Positions 25,911 through 38,099 of a stretch of 45,751 nt of DNA are shown here, one piece after another. The translations under genes were made by a program, and so were the position numbers. Position 1 is the first letter of the stretch. Every line of letters begins with the position of its first letter. The DNA lies in the NCBI RefSeq assembly GCF_001194135.2, contig NC_068987.1:33473469-33519219 (forward strand), in the 5' to 3' direction. The stretch is from Octopus bimaculoides. Taxonomy: Eukaryota. The notes under the pieces are model-generated. The model searched no databases and was not told where the DNA came from. It saw nothing but the letters and a program-made list of their open reading frames with translations.

Positions 25911-26872
25911 ATATANNNNNNNNNNNNNNNNNNNNNNNNNNNNNNNNNNNNNNNNNNNNNNNNNNNNNNNNNNNNNNNNNNNNNNNNNNNNNNNNNNNNN
26001 NNNNNNNNNNNNNNNNNNNNNNNNNNNNNNNNNNNNNNNNNNNNNNNNNNNNNNNNNNNNNNNNNNNNNNNNNNNNNNNNNNNNNNNNNNNNNNNNNNNN
26101 NNNNNNNNNNNNNNNNNNNNNNNNNNNNNNNNNNNNNNNNNNNNNNNNNNNNNNNNNNNNNNNNNNNNNNNNNNNNNNNNNNNNNNNNNNNNNNNNNNNN
26201 NNNNNNNNNNNNNNNNNNNNNNNNNNNNNNNNNNNNNNNNNNNNNNNNNNNNNNNNNNNNNNNNNNNNNNNNNNNNNNNNNNNNNNNNNNNNNNNNNNNN
26301 NNNNNNNNNNNNNNNNNNNNNNNNNNNNNNNNNNNNNNNNNNNNNNNNNNNNNNNNNNNNNNNNNNNNNNNNNNNNNNNNNNNNNNNNNNNNNNNNNNNN
26401 NNNNNNNNNNNNNNNNNNNNNNNNNNNNNNNNNNNNNNNNNNNNNNNNNNNNNNNNNNNNNNNNNNNNNNNNNNNNNNNNNNNNNNNNNNNNNNNNNNNN
26501 NNNNNNNNNNNNNNNNNNNNNNNNNNNNNNNNNNNNNNNNNNNNNNNNNNNNNNNNNNNNNNNNNNNNNNNNNNNNNNNNNNNNNNNNNNNNNNNNNNNN
26601 NNNNNNNNNNNNNNNNNNNNNNNNNNNNNNNNNNNNNNNNNNNNNNNNNNNNNNNNNNNNNNNNNNNNNNNNNNNNNNNNNNNNNNNNNNNNNNNNNNNN
26701 NNNNNNNNNNNNNNNNNNNNNNNNNNNNNNNNNNNNNNNNNNNNNNNNNNNNNNNNNNNNNNNNNNNNNNNNNNNNNNNNNNNNNNNNNNNNNNNNNNNN
26801 NNNNNNNNNNNNNNNNNNNNNNNNNNNNNNNNNNNNNNNNNNNNNNNNNNNNNNNNNNNNNNNNNNNNNNNA

Positions 26873-27153
26873 TTAAGGGTATCTAAGATATACCACCATA
26901 CTAGAGACACCAGTCAGAACTTGACTCAAAAGCACTTCATATATTCATACAGCAGAATGTGAAAAGACTGCTAGACAAATAAAATAGCCAAAAATATGGA
27001 TAATCTCATAAATCCGGATTGATCTGAGATTTTTTTGCTAGATTATTTGTCTATTTGTCTTGTTGCCTTGTGCTGCATGAATATATGAAGTGGTTTTAGA
27101 GTAAAGGCTTGACTGCTATCGCTAACATGGTGGTATCTCTTAGATACCGTTAA
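26873..27153. mobile_element. Fold-back (palindromic) MITE-like element, ~281 bp
   Basis: The left arm ttaagggtatctaagatataccaccat...cacttcatatattcat...tagacaaataa matches the reverse complement of the right arm. The centre is the perfect palindrome aatccggatt (27011-27020). Both ends are TTAA. Confidence 0.85.
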
Positions 27154-27239
27154 TTACAATTTTAATAATAATTAATACCTATGAAGACTCTATTCCCATG
27201 CTCACCTCTTGATATGATCTATATTTTAAATAACGATCT

Positions 27240-27312
<73 letters not shown>

Positions 27313-27323
27313 ATATATATATA

Positions 27324-27865
27324 CCTAGTGACCCATGGAATTACATCCGGGAGAATTAGGTGGCCAGAAATTGCGGTTCGTGAACTAGTAGAAATTTTAC
27401 TACGACATCAGACTGTTTAAGGAGTAATGGCAAGCAACCAAAGCCTGCTTCCAAACAAGGTCTCGCAGCAGCAATTTTCTCTCTAGTCAGGGATTGATCA
27501 CATTGACCAGCAGCTTCCCCATAACCATCTGAAATGAGCCTGAGGCTCTGTTGAAAAAAATGTGGGGATGAATTCCAGCGTGCAAATGTAAGCAGAACGA
27601 CTGGTGTGTCATATCCTCCTGGCCACAGTTTTGTAGACTCCGTTCCAGGTGTCTGTTTCACGCCCTGCAGCCATTACAGTGTTCACAGAGCATCTAGCTG
27701 CAGTCTTTTCCAATATCCAGATGGCTTAGTTTACTCCACTCAGCTAATGTTTTTGCAACTACAATTCAAATATTTATACTTTCAAACAACGTTAACCGTT
27801 CAATACTTCAAGCTTTTCCTGAGAACAGGAAACTTAACGAAAATCGTCAAATTTAGCCCTGGGCT
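27324..27865 (-). mobile_element. Internally deleted Tc1/mariner-superfamily transposase remnant, maT (DD37D)-like
   Basis: Minus-strand pieces ARCSVNTVMAAGRETDTWNGVYKTVARR (N-terminal), PHFFQQSLRLISDGY, IAAARP, VWKQALVACH and NFY*FTNRNFWPPNSPGCNSM resemble the GRPYVWQQDSAPCH...NFWPPNSPDxNPMDY catalytic region. Catalytic Asp codons are mutated. The subfamily call is from memory. Confidence 0.7.
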
Positions 27866-27879
27866 AGACCGCTGGATAT

Positions 27880-28022
27880 GATTATTTTCTCTTATTCCTT
27901 TCTGTTGAAGAGTATGGGCTCGAAACGTAAAATACTGTTTCATGTTCCCGAGCATCAAACAAATACACTTGCTTGTTGTTCATACCCCTCTCTTCGTCTT
28001 ATGTATTTCTATAAATTTCAAC
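27880..28022 (+). mobile_element. Penelope-type pseudo-LTR-like repeat fragment with a hammerhead-like core
   Basis: ttctgttgaagagtatgggctcgaaacgtaaa resembles the CTGANGA-(A)-stemII-GAAACGT signature of Penelope-like element termini. Confidence 0.45.
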
Positions 28023-28125
28023 TCTCTATATATATACACATAAACATGTACATTTATATATACATGTATATCTATGTATCAAATACGTATATGCATTATA
28101 CATACAATCATGCACAAACACATTG

Positions 28126-28161
<36 letters not shown>

Positions 28162-29574
28162 TTATATGTATATATACTTATACAGACGTACTTATACATT
28201 CATATATACGTATAGATACCTAACTGTATATATAAATATATGTGTATATATACATATATANNNNNNNNNNNNNNNNNNNNNNNNNNNNNNNNNNNNNNNN
28301 NNNNNNNNNNNNNNNNNNNNNNNNNNNNNNNNNNNNNNNNNNNNNNNNNNNNNNNNNNNNNNNNNNNNNNNNNNNNNNNNNNNNNNNNNNNNNNNNNNNN
28401 NNNNNNNNNNNNNNNNNNNNNNNNNNNNNNNNNNNNNNNNNNNNNNNNNNNNNNNNNNNNNNNNNNNNNNNNNNNNNNNNNNNNNNNNNNNNNNNNNNNN
28501 NNNNNNNNNNNNNNNNNNNNNNNNNNNNNNNNNNNNNNNNNNNNNNNNNNNNNNNNNNNNNNNNNNNNNNNNNNNNNNNNNNNNNNNNNNNNNNNNNNNA
28601 TATATATATATATATATACCTATATATATGTACATATATTTAGATGTTATGTAATGTGGGAGTAGAGAAGTCTAAGCTTTTAAGCTAATATTGCCCGTGG
28701 AAAGAGTTGTGGAAAGACTTGTTTACCTGCAATGGTTAATAAATAATGACGGTGTTGTCAATATGTGAATAAATATTTATTGGTAAATATTAAGGGAGAG
28801 AATATTGAAAATGGCCATATTTAAATGATGTTTAGGGAATGAGTACAGGATAAGGAAAAGATTATATACGTATACAGACATGCGAAGAAATATGCCAAGG
28901 CACAGAATCACACACATAGATACTGAGACAGAATGACGTACACAGGCACACACCCAACGATAAACACACACATATATGTATGTGTTTATATGTACGCACA
29001 CACAAACGCAGTTATATAGATACACATGTATATAAATATATGTTTGTGTGTGTGTATGAGTGTTTGAGTATGTTTATATATATATNNNNNNNNNNNNNNN
29101 NNNNNNNNNNNNNNNNNNNNNNNNNNNNNNNNNNNNNNNNNNNNNNNNNNNNNNNNNNNNNNNNNNNNNNNNNNNNNNNNNNNNNNNNNNNNNNNNNNNN
29201 NNNNNNNNNNNNNNNNNNNNNNNNNNNNNNNNNNNNNNNNNNNNNNNNNNNNNNNNNNNNNNNNNNNNNNNNNNNNNNNNNNNNNNNNNNNNNNNNNNNN
29301 NNNNNNNNNNNNNNNNNNNNNNNNNNNNNNNNNNNNNNNNNNNNNNNNNNNNNNNNNNNNNNNNNNNNNNNNNNNNNNNNNNNNNNNNNNNNNNNNNNNN
29401 NNNNNNNNNNNNNNNNNNNNNNNNNNNNNNNNNNNNNNNNNNNNNNNNNNNNNNNNNNNNNNNNNNNNNNNNNNNNNNNNNNNNNNNNNNNNNNNNNNNN
29501 NNNNNNNNNNNNNNNNNNACACACACACACACACATGCACACTCACATACACACACACACAAAGAAACACTGGG

Positions 29575-31090
29575 ACTAATTAATGTAACAGTGGTTATAA
29601 AAAGATAGGGAGACTTCATACGATGCTCATGGAGACCACCACAAAAATACGCTCACCTCGAGTAATAGGGCCAGTTCCATTTTCATATTGTTCTCCATCA
29701 ACCTACAGACGCATGCTTAGCGTAGGCCTGTTTATTTGGACCATTCATGCAACATTCAGTCAGCTTTCAACAAAATTGCTGGGAGGTAGCACTCCCCTCT
29801 CTACCTTAACTTTCTTTCCATTTGAAAGTAAAGAATGTTGATGAGGGTTTGGCCAAAAAGTAAGAATCTGTCTTCATCACTTTCAGACTGCACAACCCCT
29901 TTCGTTAAGTCCAACAGACAAAGAAACACTGCTGCCCTACTCGGCTGAAGAAAAGCAGCTGGACAATTTTCAGAATAGAGTCAGTCGACAGCCGGATACG
30001 TACTATCCGCGACACCGTGTGCTCGACATAAACTCACGAGTCTGAAATGCTCAGGCACTGGATGAGGGTAAGTAGAACGTCGCTGTGTACATATTTCAGT
30101 GAAGCCCGGCTGACGGCACTTACCTGCCTGAAGAATTTATCCCTAATCGGCAATGACCCCAGGTAGCACTCTCTGGCCACACGGGCCCGTGGAGCGGCAT
30201 TTCCTCCCTCGCTTCACAGTACATACGTCTTAGCTCTGACAATGCATTCTTCGTGCATAGCGTGGAGCAATTGGTCCTGAGTCAATATCGCTGCTAGCAC
30301 GTCGGTTGTGATGCCTTTGAAAGCGCTTCTTCTAAGTTTCTAACATTCTGTGCATTCCATTCCTTTCTATCTCTAATACCTGACTAAGCGTATTTTCCTT
30401 TAATTGCCCTTTTCAGGGAACAACATTTTTGTTGGCGATTGACTCGTCAATGCCTGTGTAATTAATTCGCTAATCATGTCTTTGTAAGGGTGACGCATTC
30501 AGCTTCTATTTGCCGGGCCATTGCCTACAAATTCTATGTCGAACTTGCAGATCAAACATTTGCTGTATTTGTAGCCGATGATTTTAATAACTAGTCAACT
30601 TGTACTTTCCTAATTTACTAGTTTTCGGAATACTCTACCTAGGTACTGCCTGGATGACCAGATGCAGTTTGTCCTTATCAACATTCAGACTTTCAGGAAA
30701 TCCAGTCAACACCTGCCAGACAGATGCAAAGGTCTGGCTAGGTCTGCGTTATTTTAACATGGAGATAAGTAAATCTGTTATCCATCTGAAATGAGTATGA
30801 GGGGTCGTCGGTTGCAGAGATTGGTCTCATTGACAACCACTACATCTAAACGTAGTGACCTGAGGGCCTTGAGAGGGTGGCCCTGTTTCCAAGGCAACTC
30901 CAGGCCACATGAATTTATACTACCTATTCTGAACAAGACAATGTTTGTCAGACAAGGAGGATGAAGAGAATCATTTACCCTATTTATGTAGAGACGAGTG
31001 TTCTGCTCTTCTGGCAATCTGTAGGTGTCTTCACAACAATTTCTTTAGAGACCATTTTATTTAATATTGCACGAAATCTTCCATTCGTTT
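29575..31090 (-). mobile_element. Tx1/L1-like non-LTR retrotransposon deletion derivative: start of the ORF2 AP-endonuclease plus the ORF2 C-terminus, RT core missing
   Basis: 30945-30790 gives FRIGSINSCGL...LRSLRLDVVVVNETNL (APE N-terminal NxxGL and D...ET motifs). 30180-29703 gives VARECYLGSLPIRDKFFRQVSAVSRA..LIQC, IRLSTDSILKIV, AVFLCL, KKVKVERGVL...TLSMRL* (decayed CCHC region and C-terminus). Confidence 0.7.
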
Positions 31091-31152
31091 GGGATATTGT
31101 ACTTTCAGTTGTAAGTTGTTTATGCAGTATTTATGTGAATAAGAGTGTTATG

Positions 31153-31322
31153 CAGGGGTGTGATTTATTCGTGTAGAGTAGTCTATGTAATTTAATTTAT
31201 CGACCCCAAAAAGATGAAATGTAAAGTCGACCTCGGCGGAACTTAAACGCAGAATGTAGCGACGGGCGAAATATCGCTAAATATTTTATCCATCGAGCTA
31301 ACAATTCTATCAGCTTGCCGCC
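31153..31322 (-). mobile_element. SINE family A, minus-strand copy
   Basis: ttatcgaccccaaaaagatgaaatgtaaagtcgacctcggcggaacttaaacgcagaatgtagcgacgggcgaaatatcgctaa...attctatcagcttgccgcc is the reverse complement of 14579-14792. Confidence 0.85.
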
Positions 31323-31609
31323 TTCAAGAGTAAAAATAATAATAAATGCCCCGATGCAATAGAAAACTCAATGGCTCTCATGGCTTCTGATCTGAACATA
31401 TTGGAAGTGATATCACGTATACGTTTTGTCTTGGTATAAAAGATAGGCTATTGCAAATACTCTGCTGAATACTTCAGATTAGTTTGACAGTTGCTTATAA
31501 TATAGGTTTCTTCAGTGAGACAATAGGTGTTTATCACGGACTTGAACATAAAGATGAACCCGAATAGGTTCTCAATGTCGGAATATACATTATGCATGCG
31601 CGCGCATGT

Positions 31610-31755
<146 letters not shown>

Positions 31756-31809
31756 CAAAACTATATAAAAGGGTAAAGACACTCTTTGATCATGAATGAT
31801 CATGTGATT

Positions 31810-32085
31810 GCACCTAGGATGTGGCTCTCCGAAGAATAAATCCGGGCAAGGTATTTATGGAAGATCAGCAGTCACCCATGCATAGCAACCTCCCCTCTGC
31901 AAGCTACCGATGTTATCAAAGTGAAAGACAAAGGATGATATAGCTTGGCACATGTGACGTCGCAACTATTTCTACATCTGAGTGAACTGGAGCAACGTGA
32001 AATAAAGTGTCTTGCTCAAGAACACAACACTACCTCACTACCTCATGATTGCAAGACCGACGCTCTAACCAGTGATCTATGCGCC
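31810..32085 (-). mobile_element. SINE family C with its 3' tail, minus strand
   Basis: The head end catgattgcaagaccgacgctctaaccagtgatctatgcgcc is a tRNA-like 5' region in reverse complement. The core is shared with 12690-12915. Confidence 0.7.
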
Positions 32086-32466
32086 GCCGCAAAATAGATA
32101 CAATATACGTATTATGTTATATTTATGCACTATACGCACACGTGCGCACACATACGCACGCGCGCACACATACACACGGGCGCACACACACATATCATAT
32201 ATGTGTATTATATGAATATAACATTACGTTTATGAATATGTTTGCAACAATCCTAATTCGAAATTGTGTGTTGAAACAGACACTGTATTTCGGGACGGTA
32301 ATTTTATTCTTGCCAAATAAACACACGCACTATATATTCGTTCTTCACACGTTTATTGCTGCTCTTATTCTAACGAATTGTCCGGGAATTTTTCATCACA
32401 CAGCGGTGACCTCCCCAGCGACACTTTCCTTCTTTGTGTGTGCTCTTGCTCCGCTTATTCCATAAA

Positions 32467-32502
<36 letters not shown>

Positions 32503-32536
32503 GAGAATAAAGGACCCCCCACCCACACACACATAT

Positions 32537-32700
32537 CAGGAGTGGCTGTGTGGCAATAAGCTTGCTTCCCAACTACATGGTTCCATGTTTGGTACCACAC
32601 CGTGGAACGTTGGGTAAGTATCTTTCTAATATAGCCTCGGCCGACCAAAGTCTTGTAAGTAGATATGACTGACGGAAACTGGAAAAAGCCCGTCGTGTAT
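32537..32700 (+). mobile_element. 5' half of SINE family B
   Basis: gtggctgtgtggcaataagcttgcttcccaactacatggttcc...tatagcctcggccgaccaaagtcttgtaagt...gacggaaactggaaaaagcccgtcg; colinear with 25745-25910. Confidence 0.8.
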
Positions 32701-33938
32701 ACGTATATGTTATAAAAGAATTTGACGTATTATTTATACTATTCTTAAGAAAGATGCTTATTAATTACTGTACGAAACTTCTTTCAAAAGAAAGTATTGT
32801 AGTGCAGAGAAATTTTTTAGAAATTCTAATTGTAATATTTATTTTTTCGTCAAATCGTAATTTTAAAATTTCTTTCATTATTGAGGATTTCAACTACTGA
32901 AAACTAATTTTAATTCACTGCCAGATAACGATGTTTTTACACTGCTGCATAGCGTTCCCTATTTTGTCTGTTCTTTCTCCCTTGAACATCATGTCGCTAT
33001 TTGCAACAGACATCACAGTGAAAATCTTCCTGCAAATTATAAATTTAATCCAGCGTTAGGAAAATAAAATAATGCTAATTGCATTTTTCTTTTAAATTTG
33101 TTTTTTATGTGCTCTTGGAAAAGAAAGATGTTTTTAATTTTTACCTACGTCAATTGTACCGAATATACTCACATTTTTTCTAACTACAGAATTTTACTGC
33201 TGTGCACAATGTTTCAAAAAATAACAATTAGAGGAGACGGTTACATTACGTGAAAAAGTGTAAAACATGAAATCTGCTACATACTCTTGTTATATATTTC
33301 TTTACTGAAATCATTATTCGTGTTATCGTATTCCTTGTGATAAACGACGAAAAAGGACTATTTTAATCTCTATATTTCTGTTAATGTGTGATTTAATAGG
33401 TTATGAATACTAATATATGCTAATATAAACACACACACACACATGCAAATTCTCACACGCACACTAAAATNNNNNNNNNNNNNNNNNNNNNNNNNNNNNN
33501 NNNNNNNNNNNNNNNNNNNNNNNNNNNNNNNNNNNNNNNNNNNNNNNNNNNNNNNNNNNNNNNNNNNNNNNNNNNNNNNNNNNNNNNNNNNNNNNNNNNN
33601 NNNNNNNNNNNNNNNNNNNNNNNNNNNNNNNNNNNNNNNNNNNNNNNNNNNNNNNNNNNNNNNNNNNNNNNNNNNNNNNNNNNNNNNNNNNNNNNNNNNN
33701 NNNNNNNNNNNNNNNNNNNNNNNNNNNNNNNNNNNNNNNNNNNNNNNNNNNNNNNNNNNNNNNNNNNNNNNNNNNNNNNNNNNNNNNNNNNNNNNNNNNN
33801 NNNNNNNNNNNNNNNNNNNNNNNNNNNNNNNNNNNNNNNNNNNNNNNNNNNNNNNNNNNNNNNNNNNNNNNNNNNNNNNNNNNNNNNNNNNNNNNNNNNN
33901 NNNNNNNNNNNNNNNNNNNNNNNNNNNNNNNNNNNNNN

Positions 33939-34003
<65 letters not shown>

Positions 34004-34636
34004 TAGAGAGAAAGAAAGAGAAAGATAGAGAGAGGGAGAGGGGGAGAAGTAATGCAGTGCAAGTATTAAGTCGTGCATTACATGTTTTATAAATTGCATA
34101 CAATTTTTCAATATCATTTTTTTTTTATATTACTCACTAGGTGTGCATTGCAGTTCACTGTCATGCAAAGTTACGAAATCTTCTGATCTGCATGTATAAA
34201 AAAAAAAATATGTGACTTTTACGTATCTAAGTTAAGTCATTATAACACTGGATGTTTATCGTAAATTCTAACTCCGTCATTGAGTTGTTGCTATCATTCA
34301 AGATTTATTTGTTGAGAATCTTGGTTTTTATTGCACGAATTAGAGAGTTTGCAGATAGCATTTTACAGGTGCTTCCAAAATAGATGCGCAATTAGTACAT
34401 TTTTCTGCGGACTAAGAGAAGTTCTTCATACAGTGGTCGCCTATTCCATCTTCAAAAAGGTTAGATCCTTCGTATAGAATTTTAATAGTCAGCATTTCTA
34501 TCCTAGAAGGGAAAGTGAGGTATATCAGTAGTGAAAGGTTTGTGAGATATAAAGTGCAGTATAAAGGAAGGATAGTGTCATAAATGTATAAGGATAGATA
34601 GAGACTAACTATCGTAGCAAGTGATATATATATATA

Positions 34637-35783
34637 CACTGGCCAAAAAGGTTGAACATCGATGATGACAGTTTTATCCCTTCATATTTTTTTAAACACA
34701 ACTGTATAAAATGACGTTATTTTTTACAGTTTATGTAGAATTGTGTTTACCTTTCGAATAATATAGGCGTTATATATCTTTCTACAATTTGAATAATCTT
34801 AATGCACAATTAATTCAAATGGTTAAAAATCATCTGCAAGAATTTGGACTGTTCGGTCAGATCGCTCGAAAGAAGCCGATAGTTTCTGAAGCGGAGCGGC
34901 GGAAACAGATCAAGTTCGCTAGAAGCCATATCGAATGGACGGTCGAAGACTGGTCGAAAGTCCTTTGGGGTGACGAATCCCGCTCCTGCATCTTTGGATC
35001 AGAGAGAAAGGCTTATGTTAGACGCCGTGCAACTGAAGAATTCCATCATAAGTGAGTCAAGAAAAAGACGCAAGCGGGAGGTGGGGTAATGGTGTGGGCC
35101 GCATTCAGCAGCTCAAGTGTTGGTCAGCGGCTCAAGTGTTGGTCCAGTTGTTCAGGTTCATGACAGACTGAACTGTATAGTGCATCTGCAATTAGTAATG
35201 AAGATGTGATGTCATATCTAAGTAATAAGATGTCAGCAGCACACTTGCTCCGTTCATAAGGCTANNNNNNNNNNNNNNNNNNNNNNNNNNNNNNNNNNNN
35301 NNNNNNNNNNNNNNNNNNNNNNNNNNNNNNNNNNNNNNNNNNNNNNNNNNNNNNNNNNNNNNNNNNNNNNNNNNNNNNNNNNNNNNNNNNNNNNNNNNNN
35401 NNNNNNNNNNNNNNNNNNNNNNNNNNNNNNNNNNNNNNNNNNNNNNNNNNNNNNNNNNNNNNNNNNNNNNNNNNNNNNNNNNNNNNNNNNNNNNNNNNNN
35501 NNNNNNNNNNNNNNNNNNNNNNNNNNNNNNNNNNNNNNNNNNNNNNNNNNNNNNNNNNNNNNNNNNNNNNNNNAAACTTATTTTGCCGACAATTTTTTTG
35601 ATCCCTTGAATTAACTACGCATTAAAATTATTCAAATTATAGAAAGATATATTACGCCTCTATCATTCGAAAGAGAAAAAAGTTCTACATAAAAAGTAAA
35701 ATAATTTTATAAAGTTTTGTTGAAAATAAATTAATGAAGGAAGAGATCTGTCATCATTGGTCTTACACATATTTTGGCCAGTG
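34637..35783 (+). mobile_element. Tc1-like DNA transposon, non-autonomous deletion derivative with ~180-bp terminal inverted repeats
   Basis: TA|CACTGGCCAAAA at 34637 and TTTTGGCCAGTG|CA at 35783. TIRs at 34637-34818 and 35606-35783 align by eye. Transposase remnant: GLFGQIARKKP...WTVEDWSKVLWGDESR...GGGVMVWAAF...QQHTCSVHKA, with a stop, a 19-bp duplication (35106-35143) and a gap. Confidence 0.92.
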
Positions 35784-35814
35784 CATGTTGTGTGTGTGTG
35801 CGTGTGGTAATTTA

Positions 35815-35829
35815 GATAGATCAATAGAC

Positions 35830-35890
<61 letters not shown>
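35815..35890. repeat. (AGAT)n microsatellite
   Basis: Direct reading. Confidence 0.95.
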
Positions 35891-35968
35891 TATGTATCAT
35901 TATTAGTTCATAAATCTGAAAAAGAAGCACACTCTAAACTTTAAAGTGCTTTAGAGTCTAAAACATTT

Positions 35969-36254
35969 GTCGCGCTCCATCGGTTACGACGATGAGGGTT
36001 CCAGTTGATCCAATCAAGAGAACAGCCTGCTCGCGAAATTAACCTGCAAAATTAACGTAGTTCTCGAGGAGATTCAGTGTGACAGAGAGTGTGACAAGGC
36101 TGGCCCTTTGAAATACAAGTACAAGCGAAACATGAAGAAAGAGTGAGAGAAAGTTGTGGTGAAAGAGTACAGCAGGTTTCACCACCACCTCCTGCCGGAG
36201 TTTCGTGGCGTTTTTACTCAATAAACACTCACAACGCCCGGTCTGAGAATCGCC
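35969..36254 (-). mobile_element. SINE family D (tRNA-derived, head partly deleted), minus strand
   Basis: ctccatcggttacgacgatgagggttccagttgatcc...gaacagcctgctcg...gtgacaaggctggccctttgaaatac...gttgtggtgaaagagtacagcagg...caataaacactcacaacgcccggtctgagaatcgcctcc; recognised as an abundant octopus SINE from memory. Confidence 0.7.
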
Positions 36255-37074
36255 TCCACCTAAAGCATTAAAACAGTAATGAACCTTTTAGGAAATTAAA
36301 TGTTATGGCCCGCCATAGCTTGACCATTGGTTTCATGTATATCAAGCGCTGAATAATATAGGTCAGCCGGCAGACTGAAATCAGATTTGATCACTTCATG
36401 ACCGACTATAACTTTGCACTACCTTATATACTATTATATGTGTATGTGTGAGTGTGCGTGCGCGTGTGCGTCTGTGTTTTGTGTGTAATGGAAATGTGAC
36501 GTCTAGTGTGACTAGTGATTTAGGATTATCAGATAGTTAATGGGGATGGGGTGGAGATTGAGAATTGTAAACACGATAAAGATGCCAGACAATAATTGTT
36601 TGGCATTGTGATTGAAGCACTGAGTGTAGAAAGGGCTCGCTTATACTAAGTATCAGGAGGAGAGGCTAAATGGTAGAGAAGTGAAATCATCGTTCACCCA
36701 ACAAGCTGATTTTTTCAATCGTTTATGTATTTGTTTTGCGAGATTCCTGATCTGAAATCGTATATTGATACAGATATTGCTATATTTCGAGATGGTTGTT
36801 ATTTTTATGTTTTTGCCAACATTACCACATGCACAATATACTCCTTCACTTCAACCTTGACTAATGATAAAGCTGACGTGAAGAACTAGAATATGGTGTG
36901 TATTATTACTTGACACAATTTATTCTATAAATGACGATCCCGAAAAATAATATGTACAATCTAGATAATTTGCGATGATAAAAATGCAAAGGTTTCACTA
37001 TTTCGTTATTTCTTTCTAAATTCCACAGTTATTCCCCCTCGTATATAACACAGGCATCATCTTCCATATCATTT

Positions 37075-37269
37075 GTTTTTTATCTGTTTCAATCATAAAA
37101 CTGAGGCCATACTGGGGTACTGCTTTAAAGAATTTAAGACGAATGAATGGAGCCCAATAGTTATTTTTTTAAGTGTGGCACTTATTTTCTCGGTTTCCTT
37201 TTGCAGAACCGCTAATTTACAGGAACGTAAAGAAACCAACCCAGATTGTCAAGCTGTGGCGGGGAACAC

Positions 37270-37270
<1 letters not shown>
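37075..37270 (-). mobile_element. 3' half of SINE family B, minus strand, abutting (CA)n
   Basis: Reverse complement of the sequence at 40-150 and 320-418: ttgcagaaccgctaatttacaggaacgtaaagaaaccaacccagattgtcaagc and actgaggccatactggggtactgc. Confidence 0.7.
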
Positions 37271-37321
<51 letters not shown>

Positions 37322-37560
37322 GTAGGAGTGGAATGTGTGAGATGGGGTGGGGTTATGTGGTGTGGGGTGGGATGAGATGTATAGGGATGGTGGGATTGGA
37401 ATGTGTAGCGGTGGTGTAACGATGGAGGGGGTGACGATGAAGGGAGTGGGTGGAAGGAAGAAGGTGAAGAGAGGAAGTAGGTGTCAGAGCAAGAGAGGAG
37501 AATTGGGTGGGAGTGAAGGGAGGAGGTAGTTATTAGAGGAAGGGAGGAGAGAGAAGGGGA

Positions 37561-37750
37561 TTAGATGAAGAGTGGAGGAGTGCTGAGCCCATGTGACACA
37601 AAGGAGCGAGAAGAGAAGATTAATTCCTGTTCACGGCGAAGATGGGAATCCAGATGGCCCCTGTGCCAGGACAATCCGGACACAGTCAGGTGTTGTAAAG
37701 CATGACCGGTAGAGCGGAAATGGCTCGTGACCAGGATGTCATTGCCGAGT
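37561..37750 (-). mobile_element. 3' end of a Penelope-like element ORF (GIY-YIG endonuclease C-terminus)
   Basis: ORF 37561-37761: VTSHFRSTGHALQHLTVSGLSWHRGHLDSHLRREQELIFSSRSFVSHGLS resembles PVxxHFxxxGHxxxxLxVxGL...RxxRExxLIxxLxTxxPxGLN. Confidence 0.65.
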
Positions 37751-38099
37751 AATATATACATGAGGATATTATTGCTTATAATAATATCAGTGGCTTAGCA
37801 TGTGTAAAAGGACTCATAAAGGTAAACATTATCAATTAATAATTAACGGTACTAACAGGCAGTACCGGCATGCTAACCTGGCAGTTAAAATGGCCAAACC
37901 ACAATTTTCACTTAAACACAAAGGTAAAAGCGGGCAAACTAAGAAAAACCATAAGACCCCGTACCAATAACGAAAATAATCGAAAATTGAATAAGTCAGA
38001 CATACCCGCACGACCGTGATTTCGAAATTTGAGAAATACCCTTAGTTCATACTCAGCCAGTCTAACTGACACCAGAGTTGTAGAGTTTGTTCATCTCAA

